A stretch of 64,000 nt of DNA. It comes from an uncultured Clostridia bacterium. GTDB lineage: Bacteria > Bacillota > Clostridia > TANB77 > CAG-508. The stretch spans positions 3,163 through 67,162 of the forward strand of contig CAKPCK010000001.1 in the NCBI GenBank assembly GCA_934141555.1, in the 5' to 3' direction. Made by a program: the position numbers and the translations under genes. This document shows positions 50,566-59,184 of the stretch, piece after piece; within the stretch, counting starts at the first letter, position 1; every line of letters begins with the position of its first letter. The notes below the pieces were generated by a model. It was not told where the DNA came from and did not search any database. It saw only the letters and a program-made list of their open reading frames with translations.

Positions 50566-51816
50566 ATGTATCAGAAATTTGGAATAAAAAAAGAAATTTT
50601 AGATTTATCAGAAGAAGTTGAAAAGGAAATACAACCAATATTTAAAAATATTGAGAAAATAGAAGAAATAAATAGTTTAAAGGTTTTATCAGCATTTCAG
50701 GAATGTGGATTATCAGAAATGCATTTACATTCATCAACAGGGTATGGAATAGATGAAATTGGAAGAAATAAAATAGAAGAGATTTATGCAAAAATATTTA
50801 ATGCTGAAGATGCATTAGTAAGAGCACAATTAATATCTGGAACACATGCTTTAGCTATAACACTATTTGGAATTTTACGTCCAGGAGATACAATGTTAAG
50901 TATTTCAGGAGCACCTTATGATACATTACAAACTGCAATAGGAATAAGCAAAGAAGAAAGCAAGAGTTCATTAAAAGCATTTGGAGTAAAATATGAACAA
51001 ATAGAATTAATTGATAATGATTTTGACATTAATTCAATAAAAGAAAGAGTATCTAAAAAAGATATAAAATTAATAGAAATTCAAAGATCAAAAGGATATT
51101 CAACAAGAAAAAGCTTAACAATTGATAAAATTGAAAAAGCAATAAAAGCAATAAGAGAAGTAAATAAAGATGTTATAATAATGGTAGATAATTGTTATGG
51201 AGAATTTGTTGAAGAAAAAGAGCCAACAGATGTTGGAGCAGATATTATAGTTGGTTCTTTAATGAAAAATTTAGGAGCAGGTATTGCAACAAGTGGGGCA
51301 TATATTGTAGGAAAAAAAGACTTAATAGAATTATGTGCAGAAAGACTTACTGCTCCAGGAGTAGGAAAAGAAATAGGACCATCATTAAATCAAAATATTC
51401 CATTTATAAAAGGATTATTTTTTGCACCAAGTGTAGTAGCTAGTGCAGTGAAAACAGCTGTATTTGCAAGTAGAATATTAGAGAAATTAGGATATAAAGT
51501 AGATCCTTTATATGATGAAAAAAGGGCAGATATTGTTCAAACAATAGAACTAGGTGATGCAGAAAGATTAGTAAAATTCTGCCAAGGAATTCAAATGGGA
51601 TCACCAATAGATTCAAATGTAATTCCAGAACCAAGTGCAATGGGAGGATATGATGATCAAGTAATTATGGCTGCTGGAACATTTACAGAGGGTTCAACAA
51701 TAGAATTAAGTTGTGATGGGCCAATTAGGGCTCCATATATTGCTTATATGCAAGGTGGACTTACATATCAATATGGTAAACTTGGAATAATGAAAGCATT
51801 GTCAAATTTAAAATAA
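50566..51816 (+). CDS. YnbB-like protein (aluminium-resistance / Met_gamma_lyase family PLP enzyme).
   Basis: STGYGIDEIGR, ALVRAQLISGTHA, LRPGD and PYDTL blocks typical of PF06838. Confidence 0.8.
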   Translation: MYQKFGIKKEILDLSEEVEKEIQPIFKNIEKIEEINSLKVLSAFQECGLSEMHLHSSTGYGIDEIGRNKIEEIYAKIFNAEDALVRAQLISGTHALAITLFGILRPGDTMLSISGAPYDTLQTAIGISKEESKSSLKAFGVKYEQIELIDNDFDINSIKERVSKKDIKLIEIQRSKGYSTRKSLTIDKIEKAIKAIREVNKDVIIMVDNCYGEFVEEKEPTDVGADIIVGSLMKNLGAGIATSGAYIVGKKDLIELCAERLTAPGVGKEIGPSLNQNIPFIKGLFFAPSVVASAVKTAVFASRILEKLGYKVDPLYDEKRADIVQTIELGDAERLVKFCQGIQMGSPIDSNVIPEPSAMGGYDDQVIMAAGTFTEGSTIELSCDGPIRAPYIAYMQGGLTYQYGKLGIMKALSNLK

Positions 51817-51829
51817 TTATAATAAAACC

Positions 51830-51861
51830 AAAAAGCTATGTGATATCTCACATAGCTTTTA
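51830..51861. terminator. Bidirectional terminator between convergent genes.
   Basis: agctatgtga-tatc-tcacatagct perfect 10-bp stem, flanked by A and T runs. Confidence 0.85.
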
Positions 51862-51866
51862 TAATA

Positions 51867-52625
51867 TTATTGTTCAAAATTTGGAATATAATATCCAATT
51901 CCTCTTTTAGTGATTAAATATTTAGGATTAGAAGTATCTTTTTCAATTCTTTCTCTAATTCTTCTAACAGTAACATCAACAGTTCTAATATCTCCATAAT
52001 ATTCATATCCCCAAACTTGTTCAAGAAGAGATTCTCTTGTAACAACTTGACCTTGTTGTTGAGCTAAATATTTTAAAACCTCAAATTCTCTTAAAGTTAA
52101 ATTTACAATTGTTCCATTAACATTAACTTCATATTTTTCTAGGTCTAAAGTTAAATCACCAATTTTTATAGTATTTTGTTTTTTAGATTCTTTATGAGAT
52201 TCAGAATCATGTGAAGATTTTAAACTATCATAATGTGTTTCAGATTTTCTTAAATTAGCTTTTACTCTAGCTACAACTTCTCTTACACTAAATGGTTTTG
52301 TAATATAATCATCTGCACCAATTTCTAATCCGACAATTTTATCTAATTCATCATCTTTTGCTGAAACCATTAAAATTGGAACATTATAATAATTTTTAAT
52401 TTTTTTACAAACAGTAAGACCGTCAACACGAGGAATCATCACATCTAATAAAATTAAATCAGGACGTTGAGAAATTGCTAAATCTATTGCTGTTTGTCCA
52501 TCATTTGCTTCAATTGTATTATAACCTTCTCTAGTTAAATTATGAACTAATAAATCGACAATTTTTTGTTCATCATCAACTATTAATATTGTTTTCTTTT
52601 CATCATCAAAATTATTGTTTTCCAT
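51867..52625 (-). CDS. OmpR/PhoB-family response regulator.
   Basis: Receiver domain (ILIVDDE, LILLDVMIP, MVSAK) and a winged-helix output (LTLREFEVLKYL...RTVDVTVRRIRE). The interdomain linker is longer than usual. Confidence 0.9.
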   Translation of the reverse strand: MENNNFDDEKKTILIVDDEQKIVDLLVHNLTREGYNTIEANDGQTAIDLAISQRPDLILLDVMIPRVDGLTVCKKIKNYYNVPILMVSAKDDELDKIVGLEIGADDYITKPFSVREVVARVKANLRKSETHYDSLKSSHDSESHKESKKQNTIKIGDLTLDLEKYEVNVNGTIVNLTLREFEVLKYLAQQQGQVVTRESLLEQVWGYEYYGDIRTVDVTVRRIRERIEKDTSNPKYLITKRGIGYYIPNFEQ

Positions 52626-52764
52626 ATAAGACCTCCGATTAAGTTATACATATTTTATATCACAATTTTTCCCAATATACAAGGTAAATTAGGTAAATAA
52701 TTACAAAAAAATGAATTTAATAAAATATTTGCATAATATAGAGCTAATTTATAATTAAACAATT

Positions 52765-52810
52765 TCAAAAGGGCTATACAGTCATAAAAATGATTGTATA
52801 ACCCTTTTGG
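52765..52810 (-). terminator. Rho-independent terminator.
   Basis: gggctatacagtca / tgattgtataaccc stem (wobbles on the minus strand) followed by a T run. Confidence 0.65.
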
Positions 52811-52824
52811 AATTGCTTGTAAAG

Positions 52825-53010
52825 TTATAACTTAAACATTTTATCATAATATTTATCTACATCTTTTTCACATTGAACAAAAAATTTTTTTCCATTATAA
52901 AAATAATAATTCATTCTTTTTGGAAAATATCTTACTTGACAAAATTTTTTTTCACAAAATGCACATTTGAGATTACTAATTAGTACGGAAAAAAAGCTAA
53001 CATTTTCCAT
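52825..53010 (-). CDS. Small Cys-containing hypothetical protein (61 aa).
   Basis: ATG lies 6 nt after AGGAGG. The CAFCEKKFC...C arrangement suggests a zinc-ribbon-like fold. Confidence 0.5.
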   Translation of the reverse strand: MENVSFFSVLISNLKCAFCEKKFCQVRYFPKRMNYYFYNGKKFFVQCEKDVDKYYDKMFKL

Positions 53011-53162
53011 AAAAACCTCCTGTCAAATGAAAAATTGTTAATAAAATTAAATGTTTCACTAAATAGTTATTTGGGTGATTAAGAAACAAATTATATTAGA
53101 AAGATTATCATAAGAAATATAAATTTACAATACTTTAGGTAAAAAAATGTCGAAATTTGTAA

Positions 53163-53238
53163 TGGTGCCACCAAGCAGAATCGAACTGCTGGCCTACGGG
53201 TTACGAATCCGTCGCTCTACCAACTGAGCTATAGTGGC
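53163..53238 (-). tRNA. tRNA-Thr (anticodon CGU) with encoded CCA.
   Basis: Manual cloverleaf: 7-bp acceptor stem, GCTC/GAGC D stem, anticodon loop TTCGTAA, GTTCGATTC T-loop, 3' CCA. There is one A-C mismatch at the base of the anticodon stem. Confidence 0.85.
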
Positions 53239-53323
53239 AAATACTAAATTAATATAACACAATTTATAAAAAATAACAAGAGATTTAAAGATAAATAAAT
53301 TATAAAAAATTCTTAGAAATATT

Positions 53324-54178
53324 CTAAGAATTTTTTTGTTCAATAATCAGACCATTCAAATAATTTAAAATACCAGCATCTGTTACAAAATTAAACTCTA
53401 ATTTAAAACTATTAAGCTGTTGATATTTATATCCAAATTGTTTATTTACTTTGTTAATACCATATTTGCCATCACCAACAATAGGATAACCTATATGAGC
53501 TAAATGTGCTCTAATTTGATGAGTTCGCCCAGTTTCAATATTAACTTCTAATAGAGAAGTATTATTATCAAATTCTTTTATTACAGAATAAGAAGTTATA
53601 ATTTTTTGATAACCAGGTTTAAAATCATCAGAAATATATACAAGAGATTTTTTATTATCTTTAAATAAATATGCTTCAAGTCTAGCCTTTTTTATTTTTG
53701 GGATTCCATAAACTAGAGCAGTATAAGATTTTTTTATTTCATGTTTTTTAAATTTATCAAATAAAATATTTAATGCAGTATCATTTTTTGCAAATAAAAC
53801 CAATCCAGTTGTATTCCTATCAAGTCTATGACATGGCATTGGATTTTGTTCTGGATATTTTTGATGTACTAGAGTTGTTAAACTATTTTCACCTACAACT
53901 TCAAGATTTATAGGTTTATTAATTACTAAAATATTATTATCTTCGAAAACAATATCTATATCAACTTTAGGGAAAAGCAAAGAATCAGCAATAAATATAT
54001 TTAATTCATCATTTTCAAAAATAGTACAATCTTTATTAACTCTTTTTCCGTTTATTTTAATATCTTTTTGTCTAAGAGCTTTATATAAAGTATTTTGAGA
54101 CAAATTTGGAAAAGATGTCAAAATAAAGTTGCAAAGTTTTTTTCCATTATATTTGTGAGTAACAATTAAAGTTTTCAA
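53324..54178 (-). CDS. RluA/RluD-family pseudouridine synthase with an S4-like N-terminal domain.
   Basis: HRLDRNTTG catalytic motif and GRTHQIRAH. Probable TTG start at 54178, 5 nt after GGAGG; the track ORF extends to 54238. Confidence 0.85.
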   Translation of the reverse strand: MKTLIVTHKYNGKKLCNFILTSFPNLSQNTLYKALRQKDIKINGKRVNKDCTIFENDELNIFIADSLLFPKVDIDIVFEDNNILVINKPINLEVVGENSLTTLVHQKYPEQNPMPCHRLDRNTTGLVLFAKNDTALNILFDKFKKHEIKKSYTALVYGIPKIKKARLEAYLFKDNKKSLVYISDDFKPGYQKIITSYSVIKEFDNNTSLLEVNIETGRTHQIRAHLAHIGYPIVGDGKYGINKVNKQFGYKYQQLNSFKLEFNFVTDAGILNYLNGLIIEQKNS

Positions 54179-54370
54179 AATAACCTCCAAATTAAAAGAT
54201 ATAAATATATTACCATAATTTATTAAGTTTTTCAACACAAAAAAACGAGAAAAACAGAGAAAAAGTGAATAAAATGCAGGAAAAATGAGTAATATATATA
54301 ATAAAAAGTGATTTTTTAGACTAAGAAAGATCTGAAAATAGTTAATAAAGAAGAATTGAAAATTATAAAT

Positions 54371-54399
54371 TTGCCAAATGAGTAAAATTATGGTATAAT
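54371..54399 (+). promoter_or_regulatory. SigmaA promoter with extended -10.
   Basis: TTGCCA, 17-nt spacer, TATAAT preceded by TGg. Confidence 0.6.
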
Positions 54400-54516
54400 A
54401 AATCTTGGTCGCTAAAAATTCAGCTTATAAAATAAGCAATAAAAAGGAGAGGATAGATTATTTTTAAGAAAAAGCTAAAATACTATACGAAAGAAAGCTG
54501 TAAGTTTTTCACAATA

Positions 54517-55437
54517 ATGGCGTTAGGATTAGGCTTAATAATAGCGATTATTTTATTTAAGTATAAGCCAACATATGTAGTAAGTTTGTCAGGAGAACAA
54601 ATAGGATATGTAAGTAATGCAGCAGAATTACAAAATAGAATTCAATCAGAAATAATTGATATGGATGGAAAAAATATAGATTTTGTTACATTAGATAATA
54701 TGCCAAAATATGAATTAAAATTAGTAGAAAAAAGTTTAACAACAAATGAAGATGAGATAATGTTAGCATTAAAAGAAGAAGCAAAAATAATGTATAAATA
54801 TTATGCTGTAATTTTAAATGATGAAACAGTAACTTATGTTGATAATATAGATGAAGCAGAAGAAGCTGTTGAACAAATAAAAGAAGAACATAAAGATGAT
54901 ACAATTCAATTAGATTTAGCTGTAACAACAAATTATACAGAAAATATTAATGAAATAGGTATACAATCAGTAGAAATAGCAAAACAAGAAGTTGAACAAA
55001 AAGTAGATGTATTAATAGAAGAAGATGAAAAAACAAAATTACCATCAATAAATGGAGTTTTATTAGCATCACTTCCTGTTAATGGATATGTAAGTTCAAG
55101 ATTTGGAAATATAAGTAGAATAAGATCTGGGGCACATACAGGAACAGATATAGCATGTGCCTTTGGAACAAAAATAAAAGCAGTTGCAGATGGAACTGTT
55201 GTATTTGCACAATATAATGGATCTTATGGAAATCTTATAAAAATAGATCATGGAAATGGTGTAGAAACATGGTATGCACATTGTAACAAATTATATGCAA
55301 AAGTAGGAGAACAAATATCAGCAGGAGATATAATTGCAGAAGTAGGAATGACAGGAAACACAACAGGACCACATTTACATTTAGAAATAAGAATAAATGG
55401 AGTAGCAATTAATCCCCAAAAATATCTATATAACTAA
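54517..55437 (+). CDS. M23-family (LytM-domain) peptidoglycan metalloendopeptidase.
   Basis: HTGTDIA and GPHLHLEIR motifs plus an N-terminal TM. The frame is open from 54457, and an ATT at 54460 lies 7 nt after AAGGAGAGG, so the true start may be upstream. Confidence 0.85.
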   Translation: MALGLGLIIAIILFKYKPTYVVSLSGEQIGYVSNAAELQNRIQSEIIDMDGKNIDFVTLDNMPKYELKLVEKSLTTNEDEIMLALKEEAKIMYKYYAVILNDETVTYVDNIDEAEEAVEQIKEEHKDDTIQLDLAVTTNYTENINEIGIQSVEIAKQEVEQKVDVLIEEDEKTKLPSINGVLLASLPVNGYVSSRFGNISRIRSGAHTGTDIACAFGTKIKAVADGTVVFAQYNGSYGNLIKIDHGNGVETWYAHCNKLYAKVGEQISAGDIIAEVGMTGNTTGPHLHLEIRINGVAINPQKYLYN

Positions 55438-55483
55438 AAAATGAACTATTAAGTAAATAAATTACTTAATAGTTCGTTTTTTT
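55436..55483. terminator. Bidirectional terminator between the M23 peptidase gene and glmS.
   Basis: gaactattaagtaa / ttacttaatagttc perfect 14-bp stem, flanked by A5 and T7 runs. Confidence 0.9.
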
Positions 55484-57323
55484 ATTCGACTGTTACGGAT
55501 TTAGCAAGATTTCTTGGTTTATCAACATCTAATCCTTTTTCTTTAGAAATATAATAAGAAAGTAATTGTAAAGGAACAATTGCAACAATAGGTGAAAGAA
55601 GAATATTAGTATCTGGAATTTTAATAATTGTATCTATATTATTACTTGGCAATTCTTGATTTGTAATAACTAATGTTTTAGCACCACGAGTAATAACTTC
55701 TTGAATATTACTAATAGTTTTTTCAACTAAATTTTTATCTGTAATAATACTTATGACAGATATGCCATTTTCAATTAATGCAATAGGTCCATGTTTTAAT
55801 TCGCCAGCAGCATATGCTTCTGAATGTATATAAGAAATTTCTTTTAATTTTAAAGAAGCTTCAAGAGCAGTATTGTAATCAATACCTCTACCTAAGAAGA
55901 AAACATCTTTTTCTTGATAAATATTTTTTGCATAGTTTTTAATTTTTTCAGAAGATTTTAATGCTTCATCAATTTTATCTGGAAGATTAAAAATATCTTT
56001 TTTCAATTTTGCTAATTCTGAAGATGGAGTAGTTCCTAATATTTCAGCAAAATAAATTGCAAGAATTATAAGTAGCATAACTTGAGATGTATAGGCTTTT
56101 GTTGAAGCAACAGCAATTTCAGGGCCAGCATGTGTATAAATAGAGTAGTCAGCTTCTCTTGTAATAGAACTACCAATAACATTTGATACAGCAAGTGTTG
56201 TTGCTCCTTTTGATTTTGCAAGTTTTAATGCTGCAATAGTATCTGCTGTTTCACCAGATTGAGAGATGTAAATACATAAAGTATTTTTATCAATAATAGG
56301 ATTTCTATATCTAAATTCTGAAGCTATATCAACAGTAACTGGAATATTACATAAATTTTCAATTGCAATTTTTCCAGAAAGCCCAGCATGCATTGCAGTC
56401 CCACAAGCAACTATATATATTTTGTTTATTTTTGATAAAAATCCTTTTGTGAATTTTAAATCATCAAAATTACAAGGTTCATTTTCAGGTAAACGTGAAC
56501 CAATAGTTTCTCTTATTGCTGTTGGTTGTTCAAATATTTCTTTTAACATATAATCTTCAAAACCATTTTTATCTGCAGCACTAGCATTCCATTCTATACT
56601 TGTTAATTTTTTGTCTATTTTATTTAAATCAATATCAAAAAATTCAACATTGTCTCTTGAAATAAGAGCAAATTCATTATCATTTAAAAGATAAAAATCT
56701 TTTGTGAATGATAAAATTGCAGGAATATCTGAAGAAATATAATTTTCTCCATCACCTTTTCCTATAACAAGAGGGCTATCTTTTCTAATAACAATCATAT
56801 TGTCTGGCATATATTTTGAAATAACTTCAAGAGAGTAGCTTCCTTTAAATGATTTGCAAGCTTTTTGTACTGCACGTAAAACTTTTTTATTATCATTTTT
56901 TTTATCTTTTGAATAATAATAATGTATAAGATTTGGTATAATTTCTGTATCTGTTTGAGAATGAAATGTATAACCATTATCTAATAATAATTTTTTTAAA
57001 TCATTATAATTTTCAATAATTCCATTGTGAACAACAGCAAAACTATTACTATTATCTAAATGAGGATGTGCATTTTCTTTTGAAGGTTTTCCATGTGTTG
57101 CCCATCTTGTATGAGCAATTCCGACTGTTCCTTCAAGAGAATTTATTCCATCTAAATTATATAAGTTTCTAACTCTTCCTTTATCTTTCATAACTGAAAG
57201 ACCATTTTTTTCTATAGTTGATATTCCTGCAGAGTCATAACCTCTGTATTCAAGTCTTAAAAGACCATTAATTAAAATAGGACTAGCTTTTTGATGTCCT
57301 ATATATCCAATAATTCCACACAT
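55482..57323 (-). CDS. glmS: Glutamine--fructose-6-phosphate aminotransferase.
   Basis: MCGIIGY N-terminal nucleophile, two SIS domains, and the C-terminal DKPRNLAKSVTVE. Confidence 0.97.
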   Translation of the reverse strand: MCGIIGYIGHQKASPILINGLLRLEYRGYDSAGISTIEKNGLSVMKDKGRVRNLYNLDGINSLEGTVGIAHTRWATHGKPSKENAHPHLDNSNSFAVVHNGIIENYNDLKKLLLDNGYTFHSQTDTEIIPNLIHYYYSKDKKNDNKKVLRAVQKACKSFKGSYSLEVISKYMPDNMIVIRKDSPLVIGKGDGENYISSDIPAILSFTKDFYLLNDNEFALISRDNVEFFDIDLNKIDKKLTSIEWNASAADKNGFEDYMLKEIFEQPTAIRETIGSRLPENEPCNFDDLKFTKGFLSKINKIYIVACGTAMHAGLSGKIAIENLCNIPVTVDIASEFRYRNPIIDKNTLCIYISQSGETADTIAALKLAKSKGATTLAVSNVIGSSITREADYSIYTHAGPEIAVASTKAYTSQVMLLIILAIYFAEILGTTPSSELAKLKKDIFNLPDKIDEALKSSEKIKNYAKNIYQEKDVFFLGRGIDYNTALEASLKLKEISYIHSEAYAAGELKHGPIALIENGISVISIITDKNLVEKTISNIQEVITRGAKTLVITNQELPSNNIDTIIKIPDTNILLSPIVAIVPLQLLSYYISKEKGLDVDKPRNLAKSVTVE

Positions 57324-57349
57324 TTGTGAATCCTCCTTAAAATAGTTTG

Positions 57350-57535
57350 ATAGGGGCTATTAAAGTCAAAAGTCCCTTATATGCGGAATTGAAATATACT
57401 TATGTATTAATTTCTGTTACAACATTACATTGTTTTTTGTTATAATACTTTGGCTTAAGCTAAGCCACTAGAGCATCCGCCGAAAATTCGATAAACTCTA
57501 GACCTCGTCAACACATTTGTGCTCTGGCGCTTAAT
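57350..57535 (-). ncRNA. glmS: glmS ribozyme (GlcN6P-dependent self-cleaving riboswitch).
   Basis: The minus strand reads AGCGCCAGAGC...TTGACGAGG...GTTTATCGAATTTTCGGCGGATGC, matching the conserved core. It lies in the glmS 5' leader. Confidence 0.85.
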
Positions 57536-57630
57536 AAATAACTCCTTTCTTAATTTATTTTTTAATATTTCAATTTCTGTATTATATTATAATATATTAA
57601 ATATTTGTGCAAGTCTTTTGTTTAAAATAT

Positions 57631-57668
57631 ATAAAAAGCTATAAGAAATTATTCTTATAGCTTTTATT
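57631..57668 (-). terminator. Terminator of paralog cassette 1.
   Basis: agctataagaa-atta-ttcttatagct perfect 11-bp stem flanked by A/T runs. Near-identical to the element at 59098-59136. Confidence 0.85.
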
Positions 57669-57730
57669 TGAATGATTAAACTTATAGTTTGATCTAATAA
57701 TTGAACTTATGAGAAGGTGACATTTGATTA

Positions 57731-58921
57731 TTAATCAAGATAGTCAGAATTAAAGTCAATGTTAAATGGAGAATTTTTAGTAAAAGATGAATCAATCATA
57801 TTCCAAATATCACATACCAAATAAGTTGTAGGCGAGTCAAGTGTCCCATACTGTACCCAAACTAATTCAGTGGGTGGAATTTTGGAATGATAAAAACTAG
57901 TAGAATGCTTACGTCCCCATTTTGCACGAACTTTCTTTTTTGGTGGATAATGTTGTGAGCCAGTTCCATAAGGTATTGCTAAAATATCATCCAAACCATT
58001 GTCGACAATCTGGTAATAGAGTGCTTGAGCATATTGAGAAGATTCAATTGGTTTAGAACCAATTTCATGAGTTACTTCTTTAAATGCTTTTTCTAAAAGC
58101 TCACTCTGTTTTTCACTTGAAGTTTTTTTGAACAATGGGAAAGCGATAATTGCTTTTCTCCATACTGCTGAAATAATTTGATAAGAATTAGCAGTATGGT
58201 AAGAGTGTGGATAACAAATATGCAATACATTCAGGAAGTTTCCATTTAGTACATGAAAACCAGTAACATAAAGCTGAAGCTTATCGATAATATCCAAAAA
58301 ATTGGAAGTCATCTTATCATAGTAGTTATTTGCAATTTTGAGAACAGAGCCCTCAAAAAAGAAACTTATTGGTTCATTAGAAGAGTCCCAAAGAAATGGA
58401 AATGTAGATTTTAAAACAGAAACAACCTGCAGTTTTCTGAAAATTGCAGTAGAATTAAGAATATTTTTTTCCGATTCAGTAAGAACATTTTTGTCAAATT
58501 CGTAAGAATCAGTTGTTATAACTTTAACATTATTTCCGTTAATGGAAATATTAAAAGTAATGATAATCTTACAAAAAGTAGAAAATTTTCGAATAGAATC
58601 AGGAATGCGATAACCATGATTTAACTTATGCCAAATATTAAAACTATATGATTTTGTATTAGAATTGTATACAATTTCATCAGAAACGAACCAAGAATTA
58701 CATTCACAATATTTCCGAAGAAAACTTTTCAGATGATAGGCGAAAATAGCACCATAAACTTCTTTACGAATATTCGAATTCGACTTGATTTGACTGTCAA
58801 TTTTATTGATATGTGCTCTAATAAGTGGACAATCATAAAAATCAATATTATGAGATTGAATTAAAGAATTCAAAGGGTTACCAGTAATAGAAATTTCTAA
58901 ATTCTGATTGAAGTTTTTCAT
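57731..58921 (-). CDS. Uncharacterised protein, paralog 1 (396 aa, AT-rich copy).
   Basis: The MKNFNQ start at 58921 lies 8 nt after AGGAGG. About 50% identical by eye to the 59185-60474 product, sharing blocks NIDFYDC, DSYEFDK, NGNFLN, ANSYQIISAVWRKAI, SSEKQ.ELLEKAF, YAQA.YYQIVDN, ELVWVQYG and TTYLV. Confidence 0.75.
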   Translation of the reverse strand: MKNFNQNLEISITGNPLNSLIQSHNIDFYDCPLIRAHINKIDSQIKSNSNIRKEVYGAIFAYHLKSFLRKYCECNSWFVSDEIVYNSNTKSYSFNIWHKLNHGYRIPDSIRKFSTFCKIIITFNISINGNNVKVITTDSYEFDKNVLTESEKNILNSTAIFRKLQVVSVLKSTFPFLWDSSNEPISFFFEGSVLKIANNYYDKMTSNFLDIIDKLQLYVTGFHVLNGNFLNVLHICYPHSYHTANSYQIISAVWRKAIIAFPLFKKTSSEKQSELLEKAFKEVTHEIGSKPIESSQYAQALYYQIVDNGLDDILAIPYGTGSQHYPPKKKVRAKWGRKHSTSFYHSKIPPTELVWVQYGTLDSPTTYLVCDIWNMIDSSFTKNSPFNIDFNSDYLD

Positions 58922-58935
58922 AAACATATCCTCCT

Positions 58936-59018
58936 ATAATGTATGTGTTTAAAAAAAGTAGTATACCAAAAATAAAACCTCCTTATAAGTTCTTTATATT
59001 TCAATGTACGATAGATAT
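58936..59018 (-). promoter_or_regulatory. Conserved 5' leader of cassette 1 with an internal SD-like AAGGAGG.
   Basis: The minus strand reads atcgtacattgaaa...gaactt.taaggaggttt.tatttt, shared with cassette 2. No start codon lies at SD distance from the decoy. Confidence 0.5.
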
Positions 59019-59046
59019 ATTATAACATATTATTATAAAAAAGCAA
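59019..59046 (-). promoter_or_regulatory. SigmaA promoter of cassette 1.
   Basis: On the minus strand: TTGCTT, 16-nt spacer, TATAAT. Confidence 0.6.
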
Positions 59047-59097
59047 TATAATTGAATATGACGAATGATTATAAGAAAGATAGAAAAATATGAAATA

Positions 59098-59136
59098 CCA
59101 AAAAAGCTACGAGAAATTATTCTCATAGCTTTTTTG
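59098..59136 (-). terminator. Terminator of paralog cassette 2.
   Basis: agctacgagaa-atta-ttctcatagct. This is an 11-bp stem with one U-G wobble in the minus sense, flanked by A/T runs. Confidence 0.85.
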
Positions 59137-59184
59137 GTTAGTCTGTTAAACCATAAGAATACAGTTTAACAGGGGAACTTTGTT

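Noticed and set aside
53163-53238. tRNA-Thr considered as an integration site for a mobile element carrying the 57-60 kb cassettes.
   Set aside because: I saw no integrase, recombinase or direct repeat of the tRNA 3' end. Core genes (rluD-like, M23 peptidase, glmS) lie between the tRNA and the cassettes.
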